Both the position numbers and the translations under genes were made by a program. A stretch of DNA of 63,647 bases, the filler included, from Thelocarpon superellum (taxonomy: Eukaryota), in assembly GCA_026025795.1 (NCBI GenBank). It is 5 parts of 5 records of this genome, joined end to end, with 100 filler letters (N's around TTAATTAATTAA, not from the genome) between each part and the next. Parts side by side here need not be neighbours in the genome. Positions count along the whole stretch, not along the records: positions 38,388 to 50,989 come from JAPEUG010000480.1; positions 51,090 to 63,647 come from JAPEUG010000481.1; 3 more parts are not named here. One strand, written 5' to 3'. The notes beneath the pieces are model-generated. The model searched no databases. It was not told where the DNA came from and saw only the letters and a list, made by a program, of their open reading frames with translations. The stretch's first letter is position 1, and each line of letters opens with the position of its first letter. This document shows, one piece after another, positions 50,891 to 63,647 of this stretch.

Positions 50891-50989
50891 TAGGGTTAGG
50901 GTTAGGGTTAGGGTTAGGGTTAGGGTTAGGGTTAGGGTTAGGGTTAGGGTTAGGGTTAGGGTTAGGGTTAGGGTTAGGGTTAGGGTTAG
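50891..50989 (+). repeat. Telomeric (TTAGGG)n tract, probable chromosome end
   Basis: About 16 perfect repeats with the G-rich strand running to the contig end. Confidence 0.92.
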
Positions 50990-51089
50990 NNNNNNNNNNN
51001 NNNNNNNNNNNNNNNNNNNNNNNNNNNNNNNNNTTAATTAATTAANNNNNNNNNNNNNNNNNNNNNNNNNNNNNNNNNNNNNNNNNNNN
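50990..51089. other. Artificial contig linker
   Basis: N/TTAATTAATTAA/N, 100 nt. Confidence 0.98.
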
Positions 51090-51415
51090 GTTGATTCATA
51101 AGAGGAAGAGAGCTGGTCGGTTGGCTGGTCGGGCTCTAGGGGTGGGATAGAACCAATGCTTGAAGTAGGTGTATGGGGTGCGCCGCGGCCACTTCTCGCC
51201 GTGGGCTTGTGAGATGCTCCGGGGATGTTCTTCACCGTCGGTTTGGGGGCCGCTCCGCGAGCATTGCCCGAGTTGCGAGGAGCAGATGTGTTGGCGGAAC
51301 CCCTTGCATTCGACGTGTAGGAAGGGAAGTTTGAAAGACCGAGATCCGATGTCACAAACCGTTCGCCACCAAAATTGTTTGGTCGCCCCGACACCGCATA
51401 GTCGTTTGGCTCCAT
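51090..51415 (-). CDS. Possible 3'-truncated hypothetical protein
   Basis: ATG at 51415 opens a frame that runs off the contig; low complexity, no motif. Confidence 0.3.
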
Positions 51416-52787
51416 CCTCGCGGCACTCCCAATCCGGTCCGTTGCACAAGCGACTATCGGCAGCTCTGAGCAGCTATAGGCCCGTGAACTTCCCTTGGGG
51501 ACCTCTCAACTAGGTAAGTATTCCCGCAACCCACACCGGAAAAAACAAAGCTCACAAGATGTGTAGATGGATAGATGGGAGATAATGGCGTGGGAAGGAC
51601 TCCGTGACACGGTGGTTGCTGGGTACCGGCAGCGAGTGTCAACGTGAGGGCATTGGAGCGTGGGAAAAGCGACACTTTATAGGAGCCCGAGCAAACCTGC
51701 CGCCGCTTGCCCATCCACGCTGCGCATCGCTCCCTACGAGCTTCGGGTACTTCATGGCCTTACATCCCTTCTCGACCACCAACCAATGTGAGCGTCGTGG
51801 TCCACACCATCTCTCGAGAATCCAGCATGCAGCCGAGCGCATGAGGTCGTCTCTGACGCACCTTTCTGCAACGCTTGGTCGCCATTGGAAGGCCGCCGCG
51901 TCGGGACGCAAAATGTCCTCCTCGTGTCACGAATGACGCACATGTCGCGCCTCGCGCCGCGAGCGTCGCCATCGTGTCAATTGCTGCCGGTGCCCGCCCT
52001 CGACGCCAGACAAACTGACCTTTCTTCGGCGCGTGCCCGTGTCTCGGCAAGAGGTCCCGTCCCGCCCCGAGCGCTTCCCGGCGGGGGAAAAGGATACATG
52101 AGGACACCCGTCATACTGACCCACACGCCCTGGTCGCTGGGGTGGGCCGAATCTCGAGCGACGTCGTTTCTGAGTGGCTGCGTTGTAATTTGGTCCAACC
52201 CCCCTGCGGTGCAGCGTTGCCCAAGCACGGTCCAACTTGCATGGATGAGGGAGCGTGAATGACAGCGGTGAGTGATTCGTCGAGGGATGATAGGCGGAGG
52301 GTGCCTTGCCGCCTCATCGCCGCCCATCCGCCAAAGGTGCGCCGGTCAATCAGCGAGAGGAGCCGCCCTCCCACCTCCACCAGCCGCGCCTGCTCCTCGG
52401 GCAGACCTGGCCGCGATGCCTTGGTCGTTGGACCAAAGACACCACCAGGGGGACAAGGCTTCCAATTGAGTCGACGCGGAGACCCCGCGCGGCCGAGGCA
52501 GCTCCGTGACAGGCATCGCGTAGCTCCTGTCCACGTCTGACTAGGACGCGGTCGGGCCTTTGACGCCCAGGCGAGGTATACCAATCCTGCCGAGATTTCC
52601 TCATCCGACCCCAACGTGGAGCATGCCGACCACGGCTGAGGCATCTGCGCGAGTGTCTAGGAAGTCCATCTGCTCGTCAAGCAGATCAGTGGCCGGGAGG
52701 GCTCCAGTACGAGAGAAGTAGGTCTCATGTATGCTTCCCACGTGCCGCTGAAGGCTTGCAGTGGGGGTGGAGATGGGCGACTCCTAC

Positions 52788-55700
52788 CTACTCGACAAGA
52801 GCGTGGTCCCCATCAGAGTCGTTTTGAGGCCCGTTTCCTTCGCTCATCGAAGAGGCGCCCTGAGCAAGAGACGGCCTCATCGACGCCAGCCGTGCCTGCG
52901 TCATCTCATAGACATATTGTCCCAGATGCTCCACGCCCTCCATCACGGTCCCGTCCACTTCGTCGGTCATTGCCCTCTGGCAGGGAAACGTCTCACCGGT
53001 GACGAGCTGAAGCTGGTCGGGTCGGCTAGAAAGCTGATCAAATGCCTGCTTTAGCTCATAGCACGCCTCAAAGACCGCTCGGCGGCCCAAGACATACAAG
53101 CCCAATCGTGCGCGCGAGAGAGCCACGGTCAGCCGTCGGATGTCACGAAGGTATCCAACTCGCTTCGTGCGCACCAAAGACACGAGCACGTCTGGCCACT
53201 CGGTCAGTGCATGCAGGACGGGCCAAGCTTGGGGACATACAATCGTTCTGTTCGCCCTGATAGTGGTCGACCGTGGTCACGACCTTGGGAAGGCCAAAGA
53301 GCGGATTACGTGCACACCGGTGTTGGAGCACATCGCGGATCAGGGCACGCTGGCCTGCGTACGTGGTGAGAATGGAAATGCGGGCCGCCGGGTAGCCGAG
53401 CAAGCGCATGTACTGGTAAATGGCAACGCAATACTCGGCCTCCCCCAGATTCTGGAGAAAATGAGGAGTGGGTTCCGCCTCGCCCACCCCTTTATAGTCG
53501 GGTACGTTGATGAATTGATACTCGTAGCGGAAGCCGGCATTGGCCGTGAGGAACTCTGTAGCGGCCGTGACGATCGGAAGATCACCCAGCCCGGGGTAGC
53601 GCCAGCGGTATAGGTCTGCCAAGGTGGGGCGCGCCCGGCCTTGACGGTCGAGATGGACCGCAGGCACGCCCAGCCGAATCAGGCGCAAGAACAAACTTTG
53701 TTCCAAATTGGCGTACTGACGGAGGCCGAGATTCTGAATGATGGGCGAATTTTGAAGATGGTCGCCACAGAGCACGACGCGTCGCAGCGGCAGTTGCCCA
53801 TCCTTCGGCCGCTGGAGCGCGAGAGGCAGAAACGTTTCAATCTCCGTAATCTGCGCCGCTTCCTCCATCACCACGTTGTCATAATGAAAGCCAAGCGCCT
53901 CGATCTCCTGCCGTCGAATAGCGGCGTGCGTCGCCGTCATCGCGATGATTCGGGCTTCTTTCACCAACAGATAGTTCGCCTTGTCGCGGGAATTGCGGAG
54001 TAGCTCAAATGGTCGGATGTTTGCCAGCTCGGCAAAGATCTTCTGCACAAAGCGATAGCAGCCCGTAGCGATCTCATCTGCCTCCTTCTTGGACACATCG
54101 GCTGGGAAGAGGGGTTGTGGCGCGTTGGCGAAGAATGCATGAAACGGAAAGGCCTCGACCACGTCATTACTGGTGGCGTCCGTCGACCGGGCGACCTCCC
54201 GATACTTGACCCAGGCTGGTTTGACGTACACCGCGTCAAAATAGGCCGCCGTCTCGCATGAGTTGCCATGGGCCCCGGGAGCCCCGAAGTTGATGGCCAG
54301 CCGATCCACCTCGACCAAGTATCGCCCACGATTGGACAGGAAGCTCTCCACCCGACCTTGCTTTCCGTAGCTACTGTCCGTCGCCAGGTCCTCTTCCCCG
54401 TGGCCTAGCCGGAGCAGATGGCGTTCGTCGATGTCAAGTGCGATGATCTTCTGAAACAGCTGATTTAGAGCCTGATTGCTGTGTGCCACCAGGAGAGTGC
54501 GCTCGGTGGGGAAGTCATGATAAAGATTGTTGATCACCTGCACCGCCACATCGGTTTTTCCAGTGCCCGGGGGGCCCACGATGCAAGTCAGGCCAGGCTG
54601 AGTGCCCGAAAGGATTGCTTCAATCTGCGCGGGCGTGAAACGGACTTGATTGATCTTGGGTGCGTCCGTGGGATACGGGCCCGCACGAGGAGGTTTGTAG
54701 TTTGATACTTTCACCACCTGCTGCGCCGTCGCGTCGGTCTCGACGAGTGCTCGGCGCCGCTTCTTCGGACCTCTTTCCCCGTCCGCATCAGGCCGCTCCG
54801 ACAGCTCCGACAGCTCCGACAGCTCCAGCACGTAAGGGGGTTCGAGCGTCTTGCCTACCTCATCAGCTGTTTCGATTGCCTTGTTGGACATGCTCTGTTG
54901 CAGGTGTGACCAGTCAAGAAACGTGTCCCGCATGTCGACACTGGTGAGCTTCGTGGCCAGTTTGCGGTAGTTAGCGCTGGCAGGGTCGCCATACCCGAGG
55001 AAGACTTCTTGCAGCCAGGTGGGGATGGGGACGTCGGATAAGGTCGAGATCTTGATAGACTCTAGTACGGGCTTGAAGTTGTTCTCTCGCCCCTTCCGTC
55101 GAACGAGCAGGTTAATCTCGTTATAGACATCCGGATGACCCTTGCTGATGTTCGCGCGGTCGCTTATGTACGCGGCCGTATCCAAGTTGATGTGCAGCCT
55201 TCGTATGCGCGAGCGTTGCGGATGGTCAAAACCGTTCGGGTGCGATTCCGATGTGATCCGTAGGGTGCGACCGTTTTCATCCAACACTTGGGCGACTTGG
55301 GCGGTACGTAATCGCTTCAGCCCCATTAGCGCGGCGTTGTTGAAGGGCACGTTGTGGCCAAGTTCCCCCGTCTCGTCCGTGGTCTGGCCTACGGCCAATA
55401 AGAAGACCACATCGCCAGGACGGAGAGCGTCCCATTCCCGTCGAACGTTGTCGGCCAGACGACTGCAGTCCAGGGCGATCTCGGCACGTACGTATGCTGG
55501 CTTTAGCTCGCCAACGAGCGCGGGAGCTTCATCAAGGATAGAAGGCTTCGAGATCGGTAGCGCCATCCTAGAAAACCCTTCGAGCTTTAGGGGTTGATTC
55601 GGCTCGGACGGCACGGGTCGTATGCGTTTAAGAACGTCCTCCACATCCTGCTTGATGGCGTAAAGGGCCTCACACCGATGGAGGATGAAGGAGCGCCACA

Positions 55701-57272
55701 GGAAGTCCCCGACCGTGAGATATTGGAGATTCAGCTTGGGAATGGCCAAGGGTCGCGAACCGTCGTAATCCTGGTTCCGCAGGACGTTTAGCTCCAATAA
55801 GGTCTTTTCGGTTGGGCAGATGCTAAGCCCCTTGACAACTTCTTGAAACGTCTCGACTCGCTCGTGCGCGGTGACGAGGACCTCAGACAAAAAAGTACCG
55901 TCGACAACGACGGTGGAGCTCTTCGGGTACGAGGTGCGAAGATGTAACAACGCGCACAGCGTTCTCTTCTCCTCGGTCGTAAGGGACGCAAGATGGGTTT
56001 CCAATTCAGCCCGGCTGTCGATGGCGGCGTAATTAGAAAGAGCGAGGATGGTGAGCTTTGCGGGAAAGTGCTTCAAGGCGACCCGCTGCAGGCGGGCCAA
56101 GGTTTGACAATGGACCATGTAGGATTCGCTTCCCGACCTTTGTGCGCCCGTGTGGTCGTCCATGGAGAAATGCAGGAAATGGCGGAGGAGATTGGTCAGA
56201 TTGCGTAGTAACACGTTGCTGGAGTCGTTGAACAGGGGCGACAAGGAAATGGCCGCTAGAAGATGAAGATCGCGCAGCAGTGCGTTGACATAGCGCCGAG
56301 TGGGTAGCTGGCTCTCCAAATCGATAAGGAATTCGATGAAACGCTCGCCGTACAGCACGTTGTCTAAGCTTGTCAGCCCTGGCGACGAGATGTCGCTATC
56401 CTGGCCATGGTTCGGTGGAGTCGTACCTGACGTGCTCTCAGTCTTCCGATGGAGGCAATTCAGAAAATCCAGTGTCATAGAAAATAGCCAGGCCCGGTCG
56501 AAGCGGATCTTGGCCTTGGTCACATCATCAGAGGCGTCGTAGCGCTTAGACGTAGCCCTCCAGGCTTTGGGGAGCTGTTTGTGTTGCTCAAGTGCCTCGA
56601 CTCGGACGTCGTCAGAGGATAGGTTGTGCCAGATGGTGATCGAGACCAAAGGGGCGCATTCTTTGCGGAGTAGCCCGTTATCGAGCGACTGAAAGGCGCT
56701 GATGACGAAGGAGAGGAGGTGGGTGCGGATGCTGACAGGGAGAGAGAGGTCAAGGTTCATGGACAGGACGCGGCGAAAGAAGGAGGAGAAGTCCGCAGGT
56801 CGAGCAGCGAAGCAATCTGAGCCAATCAGTTTGGACACGATATGGAAAAGAAGCCGATGGATGGCTTCTTACCCCAGGTGGGTAGCTTCTCCTTGCTCTT
56901 GACGGTAACCATCAATGCTATGAGCAGCACATGGTGATTAGACGACTCTTCACAATAGGAGGGCCATAGGTAGCTGTGACTGGGTCAGCTTCATTGGATC
57001 TTTTGGCAATTGTACGAGCATGTCTACCTCTCGAGCGTCTGCAGATTTTCTAGGATAAGTAGCGAACGAAGAGGAAATTTCTCCTCCTCAAGTACGTCCC
57101 AGATCTCCGCCTTCAATACTTCTGCCCTGACCTTGCCGGGCTTTGGCGCAGGGTGACCCATCCAAGTTCGGCGGGCGAAGTGAGCATATGGATTGTCGTC
57201 CTGGAGGTCAGCGAGCGTCGGCCGGACCGAGTCATGAGGGAGGCCCGCCGCGGCGTCGTGAGTGGGGGCCAT
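52788..57272 (-). CDS. cwf11: Intron-binding spliceosomal helicase Aquarius (Cwf11)
   Basis: PKLNLQYL, GPPGTGKT, AHSNQALN, MEEAAQI, CGDHLQN, QNLGEAEY, TVDHYQG, VALSRAR. Introns 56974-57027, 56364-56426 and 53192-53240. Confidence 0.95.
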
Positions 57273-58006
57273 GGGGAGCGAGTGCAGTCTCGCTGTTCCG
57301 ACGAAGGTCCAGAGCTGCAAGTCTTGAGAAGGGACAGTCGGATGTGGGGTGAGAGAGAGCATGCATATGCTACCTAGGCGGGTAGCTACTCAGTGCCTTC
57401 TGGAGCTGTAGTCTTGGTGCAGCTGGAGGTCCACTCCTACAATCACTTGGCCCCGACATGCATTTGTTTTCACTTCTACCGCTGTTGGTCTGAGTGAGTG
57501 AGTAGTGCGCGCGTAAAGTCTCCCGTTTGCGTTTCTTACCTCGTTCCATAGGCCCACACCGCCAATTTGTGTGGGTTGGTGCGAGTAGAGGAAAGACCGG
57601 AGCCGCTTAATCAACCAGTAGGCCAAGGACTCCGTACGAGCACCTCCGGCCCTTGTTCGTCACGGGAAAAGTTGCCGGCAATCTCTGTCAGGTACGTGGA
57701 AGCTGCGGGTGCGGGTCTATCGCGCGCCGCTCGCTACGGTCATCTGTCATCCCATCAAGGGAATCTGGTAGGACTGAACATCCACCTCAACCGTCAAGGG
57801 TCAATGCCGATTGCAACCTGACAATGGGAACTGCCCAGGACAACGTCAGCGCCCCAACGATAGCCCTTGAGCGAAATCGTCGGCTTCTTTCATCTTGTCC
57901 CGCTTCATCATGCGAGAGTGTACGGTGACACAGCCACACCACGGCCGAACCTGTCATTGCTGCATCAGCATCGGCATCGCAGCCATTCGTCGCCACGACG
58001 AGCACC

Positions 58007-60357
58007 ATGGCTGCCGACGGATTGCCCTCTGTTCGGAGCATGACGACGGAGCTTTATGAGCTTCTGCAACTAGCGCGTCAAGTCAAGCCTCACGATGACA
58101 TCGAGCCTCCCCTCGCCCTCTCGGACTTCGGCGGACGTGTGGAGCAACTAGGACGCGCGGGCGCGGATGGACGAGTCGACGTGGCGTCAACGCCGGCCAC
58201 GCCTCAAGCACAATATGCCATCATTGAGACTTCTGTCCGAGGCATCTTCAATGAGCTCTTGGTCAGTAGATGTCGCGTGGAGAGCCTGCGGCCCAAGCCT
58301 GACCGCAATGCAGGCGTCGACGCCCATCGACGACCCCCGCTTCACACAGGTCTGGAATCTTCTCGACGTTGTCTCAATTCTCTCCGACCTAGGTTCCGCT
58401 CCCCGCTCCCGTGAACATCTCTCAACTCAACAAGGCACTGACCCGCGCAGAACAATGCGAGCCGGGTCTCATCTTCTGGTTGATTGAGGAGCTACTGGAC
58501 AGCCAAACAATCGGTGGATGCCGCAAGGTCTTTGATTACTTGGAATCGCGAAGAGAACGCATCACGGCGGTAAGGCCGTCCCTTTCCTGTTCCTTTGGCC
58601 CTGCCCTTGATGAAACTGCGACTGCGGGTGGAATCAATGCTAATGCACGAACGGATGCAGAAACACTTCCAGAAGAAAAATCTCATCATCCTGCGCTGCT
58701 GCAATGAGCTTCTCCGCCGTCTGTCTCGTGCTGAGAATACCGTCTTCTGCGGCCGCGTCTTCATCTTTCTCTTCCAGAGCTTTCCCTTAGGTGACAAAAG
58801 CTCCGTTAATCTCCGCGGAGAGTTCCACGTTGAAAACACCACGTCCTTCGACTACGTCACCCCTATGCCCGTAGCACCAGACGAGCAGATGGACATCGAT
58901 GAGGCGAAGTCGGCGACCCCATCCGGCCCATCCGGGGCAAACATGGAATCCACTGATGCGACGCGCAAAGAAATAAGCGGTCTTTCATCCAGAGAAGCTT
59001 ATGAAGCCGTCCCCGCCACCAAGGAGCAGGGAACGACATCGAATCTTGTTGACATGGACGTGCTCTACCCCGCCTTCTGGCCTCTACAGCAAGCGTTCTC
59101 AAACCCGACTAAGCTCTTTGAAGGCGACCACTTTGACATGTTCAAGGAAGGCCTGAATCTTACCATCCGCAAGTTTTCTCAAGTCCAGAAGGACATTGAC
59201 GGCCGGGCCCCGATCAAGGCACTGGACGAAGGTAGCCGGGGTGCGAAGCGGAAGCGGGGTGATGGCGATGAAGAATTTGCCAGTGGCTTCAATGCCAAGT
59301 ACCTGACCAGCCGGGACCTCTTTGAACTGGAGGTACGTCCGCGGGATTGCAACACGAAGGAACACAGTTGGAGTCTAACGTAGGATTCCACAGATCAGTG
59401 ATCTAGCCTTCCGGCGCCATATCCTGGTGCAGGCCTTAATTCTCCTTGATTTCCTCCTCTCCCTCACCCCAAAGGCCAAGGCCCGAGTCGAAGAGCTCAA
59501 TTTACAGAACCGGTCGGTGCATTTTCACTATTCCCTGACCGAGGAACAGGTACGTCCCGGCGGATTTCTGGCGAAGCCTCGCTCACGTAGTGTTAGTCCA
59601 AATGGGCGGCGGACACGCGATCGACGATTGCGAACTACCTCCAAGAAGGGCCTGAGGGCAAGTTCTACTACCGCATGGTGGACACGGTGCTCTCACGCGA
59701 CAAGAATTGGGTGCGTTGGAAGGCAGAGAATTGTCCACCCATCGAACGACCGGCCATCTCGGCGCAGGCCTTGATCGACGCCCGGACAGCAGCGCACAAA
59801 GCGTGTGCGACACGCCGCCTGCGCGCGACGCCGCTTGGATCGCTGGACCTCAGCTTCTTGACTGATGCCGAGACCGCGAACGGCTTGGATGAGCTCAAGG
59901 CACCTACCAGGTGCGACATGTCGCCCGCCCGCACTGGCCTCCCGAGTTGCTGACGAGCGACAGGTATGCCGTGCCGGATCCAAAGTCGTTTGAGGGAGAC
60001 ATTGCCGAGGACGAATTCGACATCAACATGGCCAAGAGCGAGGAAGAGAAGGAGATCTCGACGAGCGCCAAAGCCAGCAAAACCTGGCGGGCCCTTCGTG
60101 TCGCGTCCAAGAGTCGATTGAACCTGTTCGACCAAGTGACAGAGCACGGACAGAATGTCAAGGCCCTCTTCGCCACCGACCGGGAGGATGGGGAGGCCCC
60201 CGAGCCGGAGAGCGGCGCGGACGAGGCGGAGGCGGGGGGTGCGCCAGAGGACGGTTCCCATGAGGCACCCACGCCGTCGCGGACCGGGCCACCGCCCCTA
60301 TCGGCCACGCCCGCGCCCGCGACCACGCCCGCGACCGGCGATGAAAGCGTCATGTAG
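58007..60357 (+). CDS. THO1: THO complex subunit 1 (Hpr1/THOC1)
   Basis: IEELLDSQTI..CRKVFDYLESRRE, ILRCCNELLRRLSR, FPLGDKSSVNLRGEFH, KYLTSRDLFELE, VLSRDKNWVRWKAENCP. About 6 introns. Confidence 0.93.
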
Positions 60358-63300
60358 AGTGGACGATCGGCATCTAGTGCCAGTGGTGCGCACGCAGGAA
60401 AGCCACCATCGCATCTGGGCCAGAATTTTACGTCGCGCGCACCTTTTACCGTCCTGTAGAAAGCTTTGGCGGCGTGCAGCGGCAATTGAATAGCGGCGCG
60501 AACCTGCCCGCATTGTTGGTCGCCGATCGGGCCCGAGCTTACTCTTCTCGGCTCTCCGTTGGGCCAGAGTGCAGAGCTCAAAGTCTGCATGAAGGAGGAT
60601 CCAGCTCTGCATGAGGCCCCGTTCATCAAGGCCGTCAATTTCCCTGAGGTTGAGCGGTCTGTTGGGGTGAGTGTAGGCGCTGGATGTGTCGGTGAGGAGG
60701 GCCGAGCTTGCCGCATTGCTCCCCATGATCTGCACGGCCACGTCCAGATGTTCGGTTCTTGCCTTCTCGTGTGGTACACAGGCCGTCCAGGCGAATGCGA
60801 GGAGGTGTGCAACGCCGCGAACAATCTACGGAGCCATGGATCTCCTTGCTCCGCTTCCCCTTTGGAAGCCATTTCCCCGCGATCTCGGTTGCCGACGAAG
60901 TAGCTGGGCGGCAGGATGGGATGTCGGCGGGCCTGCCGTGATCGGCATTTCCAACACTCGTCTCATCCACGGACTGGCGTCTTAGGGTAGATCCTCCAGA
61001 TACCATTGCCAGAGCGCGACGGTCCACCGTCCCGGGCTGACAAAGATCGGCTGTCCGTCTGGCCAAGCGGGCGCGAAGGCGAATGCTACGCCGAGATTCT
61101 CGACGGGCCACATCGCACCGGGAGCATGCCTCCATCCTGTGAAGAGGGTGTCGGGGGCGTGGCGGCCGTCACGGACAAAACAGCCGTCTTGGACGCTGAC
61201 GTGGGCGCGACGGACGGATGGGCGCGGAGGTTGGCAAGCTCGCGTCTTCTACCTCTTTGGTGTGCAGACCACAAGAGGACCGTCGATGTGACAGGGTTCT
61301 CCTTGGAGGCCTCGCTATCGAGCGTAAACCGAGCTGTGGCGTTTTCGCACAGACCCTCTGTATGCGAGCTGGCCACAGCCGAGAGTGCGACGACGCTGTA
61401 GCCGCTGCACGCCTGGCGCCCAAGGACCCACCCCGGGGATCAGTGATCGTCAATGGGTTCCTCACATCGCCGCCACCACTGCCGTGGCTGCACCCTATCC
61501 GTCGCCATTTACAAAGTACGAGAAAATCTGTGCGCCCTGTTCTCTGTCCCCCAGACGCCTGGCTGATGTCCCCCCGGTGCGGCGCAGTAATCCCGAGCTA
61601 TTGTTTTCATTCCACCGTGCTGGACGCGCGCCGCACACTAACTCTGGCGCGCGCGCCGCGGACGAAGGCGGCCGCGATCCGGCCGAGCAGGTCTCGTACC
61701 ACATCCGTAGCCCCATGGCGAGTAGAGGCTCGCGAGGGTCTCAGAAACGATGGTCACGCTAAAATTGGGGAGGACCACCATGGACACCGGCCGTTGGTCT
61801 GGGCTCTGTTCGGCTAGTGATTTCGGACCGCTGGGCCGGGTAGAGTTTGGCTTGGCTTTGCCTCCATTGACCCTTGCTCTCCCTGGGCTTGCCCTCTCCG
61901 AGGAAGACCGACATCCGTCCGTTCGTACTATGGAGCGAAGTGGTAAGGCGGGTGACATTCTGAGTGCTGCTACTGGTGAGCCTGGACGACGGAACAGCAT
62001 CAATGGTGCACCGATCACGGAAGTATATGCTCAACACCTGCTAGCCGCGCTCGGACGTCTCGATCTTCGGATCGTGGCGTCGGACAAGGCATCACGGCTC
62101 AGATGGTCTTGCTGACTGGAGCTCACCTCACTGCCAGCTCTCTTCCCAAATACCCGTTTCTTGTGGTGTCCGCCCGACAGGCTGTCTCCAGGTCGCAAGA
62201 GCGGAATCGCTGCTGGTTCAGCGTGCTTGATTCATCCCCGTGATACCATGAATGAGCTGGTTCGGTTCGTAGTGTCCCGTGCAGCATCCTCACCCGGGCT
62301 GTCTGCACGGACCGTCAAGCGAGTAACCCAGCAATCCGGCGAAGGGCATGCCCGACCCTGTGCTTCTGCACCCGCGGCCGTGTTGACTGGTGGACAGAAT
62401 GACCTCACTATCATGCTTGTGGTACGATCCTTGCAAGTTTCCCTGTCACTAGCCCCCGCACCTCGGAGGCATTGGTAGTGAACATGGCACATGCACGAAA
62501 GCAAGGGCAGGGCACGGAGGCGGAAGGGACTAGGATCACAGGCTCTTGACGGTGCAAGCGTGGTTTTCCCTGCAGCCTCAACGGCGTCCTGCCAGGTCCC
62601 TTGGGGTTCGAAGGGAGCTTCCACCACCGCCATCCTGGGCTAAACCGCCTCGTGCCTCCTCCCACTGATGCTCGTCTCTGGCTATGGCGTTTGAGGATCG
62701 GAGAGGCCGGTCGGTCGCGGGCAGACTGATCAGAGGCCACGCCAAGCGATTCGCGCGTTGGTGCTTTGCGGCCGCACGCCGAGCCCGAATGACCGCCACG
62801 ATGCGCCACGGAGACTCCGGCATGTGCGAGTCTCAAGCGCTTTTCCGTGGCGCGTCCCAAGAGCTGCACAGGAGGCTAGTCCTTGCGAGTGACGGAGACG
62901 TGCTTGTCATGATTAGGTCATCGGTCGGTCCCGCCAGGCTTCCAGAGCCAGGCTGGAGAGATGTATGAACCTCTCCGCGCCTGATGTTGCATCACCCGAA
63001 GGTTAAGGATTGGGAACGAGCAACGTCAGTCTTGCATGGGTTAGCCTGGCTCTTAGGGATAAGCAAGCACGAGAGAGTTGAGCTATGTTTTCCTGGCGAG
63101 CTCCACGAGCGCAGGGTCCCGCCCGCTGGGCATGACCTGAGACCGGGACGTGGCGTTCTTTTGCGAGCTTCTGTCTACACGGTGCAGCCAGCCAACCCTT
63201 TCCCCTCCCCTCCAACCCTGCCCTCCTAACCCCTCTCTCCGCCTCCACCCCTTCCCCCTCCCTCGGGTCACCGACCATTCATTGGCCCGTCATGGCCTAG

Positions 63301-63647
63301 TGGCAGTACGAGAAAGGGTCGGAAGAATGTTTGTGGGCCACCTTGGCTGCGGAGTACATTAGTTATGTGAACTTTTGGCCATCGCGTGCATCTGTAGCTA
63401 CGCAGTACTCCAATGGCCGCTAGTAATGATTTGCAGTAACATTGTATTATTGTCGCGGTCGCTCGAGGTTCGAGGACAGAACGGTGCTTTCCTGCGGAGG
63501 CATCGCCTGGCCCCTTGCACACTAACAGTATCCACCTAGAAACCGGCCACACCTAGAAACCGGCTACCTCCAGGTAACCTCCACCCACTTCTGGGTAACC
63601 TCAGATGTCCTACCACATCTAAATGACAACAACCAACTTTTATTCTT

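Overview
This is GC-rich, intron-containing DNA from a filamentous ascomycete (Pezizomycotina-type genes, GT-AG introns of about 50-90 nt, TTAGGG telomere). The window is not one locus: it is five contigs of falling length (12734, 12704, 12649, 12602, 12558 bp) joined by 100-nt N/TTAATTAATTAA/N linkers, so adjacency across the linkers means nothing. Contig 1 holds a DUF3112-like membrane protein, PP2A catalytic subunit, Exo84, Tom20, a candidate structured Pol III-type ncRNA and a small hydrophilic protein. Contig 2 holds a 17-bp minisatellite, a Zn2Cys6 TF, polyubiquitin, a BRAP2/Etp1 ligase, a single-pass membrane protein and a 90-bp TG...CA element. Contig 3 holds divergent copper-fist and Rgt1-like TFs. 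Contig 4 holds a partial Gly/Ser-rich gene, an Ifh1/Crf1-like gene, a Psk1/S6K-like kinase, a GPI-anchored protein, a full-length but hypermutated PIF/Harbinger transposon, a second copy of the 90-bp element, a foldback and a telomere. Contig 5 holds Aquarius/Cwf11 head-to-head with THOC1/Hpr1. The best leads are the B-box-containing structured RNA at about 11.3-11.64 kb (SRP-RNA-like layout without the canonical SRP54 loop), the CpG-biased decay of the transposon, the 90-bp dispersed element, and an in-frame UAG just after a strong-context AUG of the Rgt1-like gene. All calls were made by reading the sequence; no searches were run.
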